The notes beneath the pieces are model-generated. The model was not told the origin of the DNA, made no database searches, and saw only the letters and a list, made by a program, of their open reading frames with translations. Position numbers and translations under genes: made by a program. This document shows positions 52,794 through 64,000 of a DNA stretch of 64,000 nt, in pieces (position 1 is the stretch's first letter; every line of letters begins with the position of its first letter). The stretch lies in assembly GCF_009914755.1 (NCBI RefSeq), contig NC_060936.1. One strand, written 5' to 3'. The stretch comes from the human T2T-CHM13v2.0 reference genome, Homo sapiens.

Positions 52794-54334
52794 AGTGGGA
52801 ATCTGGGGCAATACAATTTTATTCCAAGAATTGTCAGTGGCCTACAGAGGACGACGACAGGAAAGGAAGGCCAGTGGCAAGGTGACACCCCTAGAATAGC
52901 TGTCACTTTAAAGAGACACCCATTTGTTTTTCCTGTCATGCTTCCAGCTAAAGAAAAACTGGGGGATTCCGAAATGAGAAATATTATCACATGAGCTTCC
53001 ACAAGCCCAGTGGTTATAGCAAAGTGAAGAAACTTTCCAATATGCTTTAAGATGTACAAGCTTGGGATGAAAGGGATCCCAGTGGCAAACAAAGCAGGTC
53101 TACCTATTCTGTGATAAATGAACAGATCTTATCACAAGAAGGCTCTTGAATAGATGCAAAGTTCATGTGCTATGAAACCACAGCTGGCTGAAATACATAG
53201 CAAGAGGTACAAAAGCCACGGGGGTCCATAGTAAATGGGCTTTGTTAATTAGATTGAATTTAGAAGAAAACCAATCTATTAAATACCAACTTGGCCCTCC
53301 CCTCTGTTAGGCTTCTCTTAATACTCTCTCTCCCCCAGTTGCAAGTAGCTTGTAAAGACACTGCTAGCTACTGTGTGAAGGAAGCCAATGCATAATGAGA
53401 GTGAGAAATGAGAAAAATTGATATGGCTCCATCATCCCCAACTACATCCTTACCGTACCTTCTAGTTCTACTGTCCTCCACAATCTGATCCTTTTCCTGA
53501 TTCCTCTGCTCCGATTGATGCCCAGCTCAACCATTTTATTTTGCCAAGCCCTTATTAAATAAGGATGCTTTATATGACCATTTTATCTGGCACCCAAAGG
53601 AGGCTAATGAAGCCAAACAGAAGTCAAGAAACAGAATAATAGCTTGGGCCAATGTTTCCTGGTATAATGAGTAGTCCAGTTATTATTCATTTAGTTGACA
53701 CATCAATATGGTATACAGTGATCAGGAATGGGACAGCTCTTTTTCAGTAAAGCTCTAGTCTAGCTGTAAGTTGCAAATGGTGACAGGCTTTGCAAATTAT
53801 GGCCATAGCCACAAATAAAAGGGAAATCTTCATGTGTGCATCGAGTAGAAAGGACTGGTGGCCACACATCCATCTTTGCAGGCACCCAGCATGCACTGTG
53901 ATTACCGCAAGTTATCGAGGATGAAGGACAGAGATATAATTCTGTTTGTAGCTCACTATGCTTCCCCACTTACATTTTTATCTCCTAATGTCATTACAAA
54001 ATGTTGACATGCAGGGGTCCTTGGAGCAGTCTCCTCCTAGTGAAGAATCCCAGTCAAATTTATTACCTGAATGTCCTTCTTCAACTCACCTCAAGAGCAT
54101 CTTTAACATATTCCTATATAAAGGGCCATCCTAACAGAGATGAATAAGCAGCACAGGGAAGGTAGAATTGTACACTAGACCCTAACAGTCTAGAACCATA
54201 ATGTGGGGCCCCCATCATTTTGATGTTTGTGGTGTTTATTTGCTAATAAGAATAAAAAAAAAGAGGTGCTTTTTCATCTTATTATCTGCCTCAGAAAATA
54301 ATTGCCTAAAAAATTAGCAGTACCTAAGATTCCT

Positions 54335-54770
54335 CTTCTGCATCATCCAGATCCCTTATGGATCCACTTCATAAATAAAGGATTAAGTGCCCCAGCGGCT
54401 GGTAGTGCCCCTGGCAATAGGGCTTCCACTCAACACCCTTGGGGACTGCCTCAGCTAAAAAAGCCCACTTCCCCAAAGCCATATCCGTTTCCTGGGGTAA
54501 ATGGGACTGAATGACTGGCTGTTACAGGTGTAAAGACCTAATCTTCTTGCCCTAACTCTAGACAACTCCAAAGGGTCAGTTTATCTTCAGAATTCCCCCA
54601 CAGGATTTCTGAAGCTTCCATTAAAACTGCATCACACCTGCACTTCTCCTGTCCAGCCTTGTCCAATCTTCCCTTCCCACTCATGGTGCTGATCTCAAAA
54701 GCACCCCCTAATAAACCCCCTGCACACTAACCTCAGGCTCAGAGTCTGCTTCCCTGGGAACCTGACTCTA
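54335..54770 (+). mobile_element. LTR16-type ERVL solo LTR
   Basis: ggggactgcctcagct...ccctaataaaccccctgcacactaacctcaggctcagagtctgcttccctgggaacctgac. Confidence 0.8.
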
Positions 54771-54809
54771 CCCATTTCCCCCTTTTCAACACCAAAAAGA
54801 AATTGCTTC

Positions 54810-55055
54810 AAAGAGAACATATCTATTTTCAAATACTGAAATGACTTATTTGGTAGAAAGACAAATCTTGGCTCATTAAATTCAGAGGAGAAGAGAACTG
54901 GGAACAATGAGTAGAAATATTAAAAGGCATTATTGGGCTCAATATAAGAAATGCATTTGCAAAAATTATAGGTTCTTAAAATGGAATGGGTCTCCTAAGG
55001 TAGTGAGCTCTCTGTCACTGTAAGCATTCAAACAAGAGCTGGATTATTATCTAAC
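54810..55055 (+). mobile_element. L3/CR1 fragment
   Basis: gggctcaatataagaa...aatggaatgggtctcctaaggtagtgagctctctgtcactgtaagcattcaaacaagagctggat. Confidence 0.75.
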
Positions 55056-55416
55056 AGAGGGATTTTTGCCAGTACATGGGCTGGAAAATTTTATGATTAT
55101 CCTTAAGACCCAATTCAAATGTCAGGTCTTTTAGGTATGTTATCTTTTCTAACTTTCCCTGGTCAACTTACTTCTATCTCCCCTTTGCTTTTATCACATC
55201 TTGTGCATGCCTCCGTCATCATACTTACACAGTAAACATGCATACTTGCCTTATCTGACTAAAAATGTTTCTCAAGAGGATAAACTATACCTTGTTCATC
55301 TCTAGATCCCTAGCTGACACATGAAACATTTTTCTAGTGTTCATTGTATTAATATTGTAGACGTTTTATTTACTGGGTGGGAGAGTAACTGAAATGAATT
55401 TGATGATCTCATCTAG

Positions 55417-55730
<314 letters not shown>

Positions 55731-55869
55731 TAGTTTCAAATTTTTATGCTGATGGCACATATCTACCTCACAGAAATAAGGCATGCCTAAAAAGTTATAC
55801 ATAAACTGTGCTTTTACAAAATGTGAGGGGATCCCTGTTGTAGCCAGCCAGAGTGGCAGAAAATGCTAT

Positions 55870-56752
55870 AGTCACTTATTTACATCCCTTTGTAGCAAAC
55901 TCCTTAAAAGCATCATCTATACTCAATTCTCCTAATTCCTCTTCTCCCATTCTCATAAACTGAATCCAATTAGACTTTCAACACCACCACTTCACTGAAA
56001 CCCCTCTTGTAAAAGGCAGGTGACTTTGATATTGACAACGCCAATGTCCACTTGCAGTCCTCCTTATCTACCAGCAACATTTGATGTTCTTCATCCAATC
56101 CCTGCAAGAGCATGCTCAATGGTACCACTGGCTCTGTCTTAACCCCCTAGTCTAATGCTCAACAAAGAAGGATGATCTTTTGTAAACTTAAGATGTTATT
56201 CTATACCCCAAGCCCTAAAAGACTCCCCAGTGTACTACAAAGAAACAGCCAGCACCCTTGATTTTGATCCCATATTGGCCCTTGGGTCCCAGGCCCTCAC
56301 TCTGCTCCATGCACTCTGATCTGTATTGAACACACTCACACATTCTTGCACCAGGCCTTTGCTGTAGCTATTTCCCCTGCCTGAAACACTTTTTCTCCAG
56401 CTACCCAGGTATCACACATGCACCTCTTCCACGTCTTTGCTAAAATCTTGCCTTCCCAACAAAGTGCTCTCAATCCTGACCACAACACGGAATGCTGAAG
56501 CCTGTCCTCACTTTTCATAGGCATATCTGATCCCCTTGTCCAGCTTTGCTTTTTCTTTTTCCCATAGCATCTCTCACCATCAGATGGACTACATGATTAC
56601 TTATTTGACATGTTTATTATGAACTCACCTGCCTCTTCCCAATTAAATGTGAGCACCAGGAGGGCAGGGATCGGCATGTGTTTGTTCATTGCTATAACCC
56701 ACAATTATGGAATTGAGGTCTGGCCCATAGGGTGCTCTCAGTAAATATTTGA
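55870..56752 (+). mobile_element. L2 fragment including the 3' end
   Basis: caccacttcactgaaacccctcttgt...tgtgagcaccaggagggcaggga...ctcagtaaatatttgaat. Confidence 0.8.
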
Positions 56753-58376
56753 ATTTTTTAAATGGGGTCATGGATGCTGCAACCAGATGCTCTCAAATCT
56801 AACCTATCTTTGTTGGCTATCCAACTGTGATTATATTTTTCCAGCATCTTAAAGTCTTTCACATTATTCAAATCTTAGTACTGTATAATATCATAGGGAA
56901 TATAATCCTGTTAGTACACTAGTATAGTTTCAGATTAAATCAATCTGGTTTCCCTCTACTCTCTTTCCTATTATATTAATAAAGAAAATTCTCCTTCTTT
57001 TCTTCTAAATTCAGTTCTTGAGGACAATCTGTGTCTGAAAAACTCTGGAACTGGTAGGCTTTCCCTGAGACTTTCTCCATCAGATTAAGGAAGGCAAATG
57101 TAGAAATGATGGGCTAAGAGGCCAGGGTTACCCAGCTGTCCTGAGAAGTTCTGAGTACTCCATCTTCACTCCTTCCACATTTAGCACAGAGTAGAAGCAG
57201 AATATGGGAGACAAAAAATCTCTTTCTCCTCCCAAAATAAGGGGAAATACTTTCCTCTACTCACCAAATCCTAAATGATCATCTCCTTTGATGAGTAGAA
57301 ATTCTGATACCACACCATCATTTTTTTCTGGTGACTAAGGCTGGAGTTAGTTCTTTAGCATGGCTTTGAATAGTGTCAGAGTTTTGCGAACAGTGTCTTG
57401 CAAGATAGGGAAAATTTCCGATGTTCTCCAGCCTCACCATTAATCAAAAATATCATGACTGAAACACACAATGGAAGCATATTGATACAGAATCATGATC
57501 TTTCCTGCCTGTTAAATGCCAGACCCATTCTTTCTTTAAACCCTTGCACACAAAGGAGAACATTCTGAGTTTTCAAAGAAATTCAAGCAGATCTGGCAAG
57601 TTTAAGAGCCACTCTGGATAACTAAACAACTTCCGCAGAAGCCAGCATTCTTTTTATTATTTGTTCTTTCAGAAGATAATTGTCCTTTCTACTTGAATTT
57701 GGCCCCATTTTCCTCCCTGACTGAGTCTCTCTTCGGATGTGCTTTAATCGCCAAATTTAAACCACAGTAGAGAAACAAACTAAAGGTATTCATTCACTTT
57801 GAGAATGTCTACAAGATTCTTGATATTCTAGGTCACAGAGACAACTTTATAGCCAGAAGAAAACAACAGGAAGTGTAATAAGAGGAGAAGAAGGAACAGG
57901 TAGATTCCCCATCACTAAGATACCTAAACGAATTACAGAAGTAAGGGAGCAAAGGTCCTGGAGGATAGTAAGAGCACTTTGAGAATGTGTTTGTGCCCCT
58001 TTGTAAGGTATCGGGACCACTAAAATCTTAACAAGACTCTTTCATTTCATTTTAAAGTAAAATTCCTTTCCTAAAAGCAATCAAACCTACTCTCAGATGG
58101 ACTGACTTGTATTTTTATTAAGAGGTGCCTTTCTATAAAAGAGCAAGCTGACAAGTTCAGCAACAATCAGGTTCTGTGACTGAATAAATGTACTTTTAAA
58201 TAAACACAAGGGAAGAAGGCAGGAAAATAGGAAAGGTTGGAAAAAAATGAAATGAATAGAGAAAAGGTGTGTACATATTAAACTAAGTGTTAATTAAGTA
58301 GTAGCGTTATCAATATCACACTAAATTTAATAAAATCAAGTGTGGTCAACACAAATATAGGTCTGGGCATTTATAG

Positions 58377-58725
<349 letters not shown>

Positions 58726-61700
58726 ATCATTTCTTATTAGGTATGAAATACTAAATCCAAAATTGCCTTATCTCATCAAAATCATCTTATTTAACTTAAG
58801 CCGAAAGGACAGCATCTACAAAAGAACTGTGATTATTACTAAAGAGCAGAGTTAAGTGCAAGCCAGTGATGGCACTTGACGTACTAGCGGCATTTTTCAG
58901 AGTAAAGATGTTGACATTTGTCTCAAATAAATTAACATTCCCATCTCTTCAAACACATTTGATCAGAACATCACGTTCATATACCAAGGGGAGCAGAGAA
59001 GCGGAAGGGTAGAAAAGGCATTTTATATTTGATTAAGCTATGAGTGCTAGTACCTCATGTGTTGCTGAAAATAACACAAGCACTGGTTCTAGATACAGTG
59101 ATCTTGCTTGTACACATGGGCCTCTTCAAGGGATCCCTGGGAAACAAAGGGCTCTTTGCCCTTCTGTCCCAGCTCCATATGGAGTGAGAGACTAGGCATG
59201 GCTGAGTTTAAAATGTGGATCAGTCATGCTTGTTTGGCCACAGATTAACAAGCCATTGTCTCCAAAGGCTAAATCCAGAAAGAAGTTTTCTGAGAAAGTT
59301 TTTTTTTTGTTTGGTTTTTTGTTTTTTGTTTTTTCCACCAAACATCCAGCGATGTGTTTTTCTAGGTCTCTAGATTGGAAAACTGATCACTACTTCCTCA
59401 CATATAGCAAAGTACGGCTGTTCACAATCAAAGAGGCTTTGAATTTATTCACATCTCCCAAACCAATTTGGTCCTCCATCTAAAAGAGGCAATGCATTTT
59501 GAAGGGCTCCAGAAATGAAAATAAAATTGCACAGAGACAGATTAAAAAAAAAAAAATCTTCCAACAACTTGTCAGCACCTGCATGTCCCAGCTTCATTCA
59601 ACTATAAGACTTTGAACTTTAGTCACCAAGTACTGCCTTCTGATCTTTAAACCAGGATAGGCCAAGTACTGTCCTCACCGACACCATCTTCTAAAGCTGG
59701 CTGGGCTGCTTTACACCCAGGAATTGGTGCACTGATTGTGAACCTGGCTGGGTTCAGACATGGCCACCCAGATGAAGCCTGTCTTTTCGTGTGCCTCCCA
59801 CGTACTCAATCCAAAGGACTAAATCACTTCCTCATGTTCTGATTTTTATTCCAGTCTCCCGTGGATGAGGAGCCTTATTCAGAGCCTCCAACTACATTGG
59901 ACGGTCCATGAGAAGCTGCCTAAATCCTTGATGCTGGGCTTCCTGTACCTACAGATGCCAGCTGGGGTCTGACACATCTACCGTTTCCTGTTCTATACGA
60001 GATGATTAGGGCATTATTAGTGTCAACACATCTGTGTTGCCTTTTTCCATTACTTTGTCAAACTCCTGCACACCCACACTAGCCTGAATCCCACCAAGGG
60101 GGTTATCTGTTCTTAAATAGGGACTCAGAGCTTGCTGACCTCCACCCTGTGGCAGGCAACCCCATGGCAGGGTTAAGTCCAATCTTTCCCAGCTTTCTGA
60201 CCCTCCCTAGACCTTGGCCTGCAATACAAATTGTGTTCAGTGTTTGATTGGTTGCATCCAAGTTTATTTGAGATTTTCTTTGTTTTCTTTATACTGAAAA
60301 TTGCTCTCCTTTTCCAGAATTATTCAACTTTTTCTTTTACTCATTTATGGCTGCTGGTTATTAGCACTAAAAATGGATGTTTAAGACTTCTGAGGTTCTA
60401 ACTGCTTACCTTCATTTTCTTTTCTTGATCTCTAACTTTCCTGGGAATAGACACGTGAAGTTTCATTGAGAGTGCAATACAATCCACTAGGATGGATGCC
60501 CAGCTCCTAACCTGATACAGGGAGAAACACACGAAAACTACTTTTCTAACCACACAATTGTGTCCGCAGTCCTAGAAAAGAGCCTATCCTTCTCTATATC
60601 CATACCAAAAAAAAAAAAAAAAAGGATATTAGTTTAGAACGTACAGAATGCTAAGGATCCAGTTGCCAACACAGTCAAGAGACACTCTCTCTGGCCCAGC
60701 CCATCCCCTCTGACTTACCAGTACTAATCCTGTCAACATTCCTGGAGCCCATCTTGTCCCTCCTTGCTGCAATCAGCACTGCAGCCCAGGCTGTGACCTC
60801 TTCCTTCTTTGCCTCCATTTTTACACAGTCCTAATTCCACAGATAAAGACCCCAACGGAATGCTCTAACCGGCTAACACCGTTGGCCCAAAAAGTGTTGC
60901 CATCCTCCCCTGTGGGACCTTGGGTAGCTGAAATGCTGTTGCTATCTCAACTTGACTCTGGGAGATGGACCAAGCCTGGACAAGCAGCAGAAATCACTCA
61001 TGGAAGGTGCCAACGTTGATGGAAATAAGAAAAAATCTTCCCTAGAAATAAGAACTTGGCAAGTAAAAGAATGGTCTATTTACTCATTTTTATTTTGAAA
61101 TTTGTTTACTTGTTTGCTTTCAAACCACATTCAGTGGTCTCCAACATTTCTATTGTTGATGGCATTTCACCCAGATACTTTTCCTCTGATGGAAGTTGAC
61201 AAGCAAGAAAGAGGTCCTTGAAAGAAAATGTCATTTGTTATTTCAAACAGAAGGAAACTCGGGGCTTATTCTTGCCCCCATCCTCGTCAGACTCTGGAGT
61301 ACACAGTCACTGTTATAATCAGATACTAGTACTTATTAATGGCTAATCTGAATCCTTCACAATGGGGCCTCTGCCTATAAATGAATCATCCCAGACAAGT
61401 ATGAGTGCAACATGCAGTCTCGTTATCTTTAGAACTGGCAGTAAATCAACTCACCTGAAGCTATCAGGCTCACATCGGCCAACTGTGAATTCTGATCCAT
61501 GCTAACAAAACAAAATGGGGGCAACCTTATGGCTCAGCAATGACATTTTGATGTTAATTCGGTACTGCCTAAAAGTGCCAATCTGCTCATCTTTTATAAG
61601 CACAGATGAAACTCTCTGTTAAATGCCAGCCCAAGATCTCAAAGAACAGACACTAACCAGAGTACCCTGAGAACACATTAGTCCAGCTCATAGTAGGACC

Positions 61701-62064
61701 ACAACTAAACCGGTTTTGTAGAACATGAGGTGAAACTAGATTATTTTACAAGTCTTCAAAGAAAAGTCCACAATTTTCTTCAGTTACCTAAGCCGGTGAG
61801 TCCAGAAACCTGACTTTCAGAAATTCATCTCTTTGTCTGCCTTACGTCCATCGTGCTGCAGATTAAGCTCTTTGGGTCTCATGCTCTCCTTGGTGGAAGG
61901 CACATGATAAGCCCTCAAGAATATTGTCAGTATGAACAAAACTGATGTCAAGATGGATGATGGTTTGTCATTACCTTGTATGTAAAGATTATTACTAAGC
62001 CCACTCTCAGCCTTTTCTTCCTGAGCCTAAACAATCTCCCTTTCTAATTCATTTCTTATAGTTC

Positions 62065-62290
62065 TTATGACAATATTCATTGAGTGCTTATAGCAGGCTC
62101 CATGCTGTCCATGCAGTATGTGAATATATTTTCATATTCCATTGCAGCAGGCCCTGATATTTTCTCCATTTTACCAACAGAGAAAGTGAGCTTCAGAGAC
62201 ATGAAGGGTCTTGCCCAGGGTAACCGCTGGAAAGAGAACCTGTGTAGATCTGGCTCAGGGTGCACCCACCAACCACTGCAGCACACGTTC
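62065..62290 (-). mobile_element. MIR
   Basis: cattgagtgcttatag...ccattttaccaacagagaaagtgagcttcagagacatgaagggtcttgcccagggt. Confidence 0.75.
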
Positions 62291-63397
62291 TCAAGTTTCT
62301 TTTATTCATCTCTGTAGCTCTCATCTGAACTGTCTATACATCCTTGTTTCTTTAGGAAGCACAGAGTGATTACAGTAGTCTAGTAAAAGTCTAACCTCTG
62401 CCTAGTATATTACAGAGATTATTTTCATTAATTCCTTAAGCTTCAATCCCATGCATCTATCCACTGGCACTGCTAACTAGTGATGGACTCGGTACACATT
62501 ATTACTCTGCAGTGTTCTTCTACTGGACATGCATACAACTGATTCTTTGTAACATTATTGTTTGCTAATCAATCACATATTTATTAAATGCTTATCAGGT
62601 GCTGTAGGAAGTAGAAATGAAGTATAAACCATCATCAACCTCAGGCAAGCTAATTGGAAGATAAAAATATATGAAATTATTGACGATGTTCCTTAAATGC
62701 CATCATGAAGTTTAGAATATAAGTATCCTAAGAATGGTGAGAAGAGAGGGCACTATGTCTGGACAACTCTGTTTTTCAAGCTTCTTTCTACTTATCCCTC
62801 TCTTTCCCAGTTCTCCCACTAGTTTTGTGCAGTGAGCAAAGTAAACATCCATGTGCATTTCAATCCAAATGCCAGACTGTGAAAAGAAACATAAGAAACA
62901 CTGGGCCTTGAACTGTTCCTTGTATTTGTCCTCAGGTGGACAATGAGCCTCTGATATCGAGTCTCAGCTAATGGGCATACCATAGAGTATCACGTCCAAA
63001 TCACAGCTACAGTCTAAATGAATTATACATATCTTTTTCCATGATCTACCCAGCCTTTCATTTTCATCTCAGAAGATTAGATTAATATGACAGGACTTGT
63101 CCTTTATGAAGTCAGGCTACCCAGTTAAAAAACCTTTTTCTCTTCAAATGATTGCAAATTGATTTTGTTAAGATTTTTATTCTTCAGAAAAGCTGGGGGA
63201 ATGATAATTCCTCATCTCTTCTCTTCTCTCAGTGTATTTGATTTCTTTACACTGGCCTTTTTCCTCTAGCCTTCCGACAGTTTTAATAATTATACACACT
63301 GGTCAGGAAATCAATCATGATTTCAGCGTTCCTACCGTAGAGATGATGTGGGCTTTCAAATTTAAATCCAAGCAACTCACACAAGTAGCCTAATGTT

Positions 63398-63741
<344 letters not shown>

Positions 63742-64000
63742 CTAGTCCCTGTGCTCCATTCATTTAAAAAGACGTAGATGACTACCTAAATGCTATCAGT
63801 TCTCAAAACTGCCTCCATGTCTGTTAAAGAAATGTAATTTTTTTTCTAATTTTCTTACTGATGAATCAAGAGTATATTTTAAAGGCTGCTTTTATTCTTG
63901 GCATGATGACATTAAGTGGATATACACTAGCAATGGCGCCCATGTGTATTAACACTATAAACAGCAACATAGTTTCTCAACTTTTGCCAAAAAACAGCAT

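Overview
This is primate (almost certainly human) genomic DNA from inside GRIN2B (NMDA receptor subunit GluN2B), which is transcribed on the minus strand. The only host coding sequence is one 599-nt internal exon at 50339->49741. It encodes about D138-R337 of the amino-terminal domain and has canonical tag|GAT and AG|gtgagt splice sites. The remaining ~63 kb is long intron: 12 Alus, a 2.2-kb 5'-truncated L1PA4-like element nested in an old L1M, short L1 3' ends, L2/MIR/L3 fossils, MaLR and ERVL LTRs, a degenerate ERVL provirus with gag remnants, MER5A and a palindromic MER53. The other short ORFs are repeat-derived or chance. I found no evidence for a new protein-coding or multi-gene system. 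The best leads are at the RNA or structure level: a possible single-exon circRNA with a predictable junction peptide, a tightly spaced inverted Alu pair, a miR-1302-like MER53 hairpin, a ~100-nt AG-exclusion zone before the exon, Alu pairs that could delete the exon, small inverted duplications inside old repeats, and a CTCF/RFX-like motif cluster. Repeat subfamily names and old-repeat boundaries were recognised by eye from remembered consensus sequences and are approximate.
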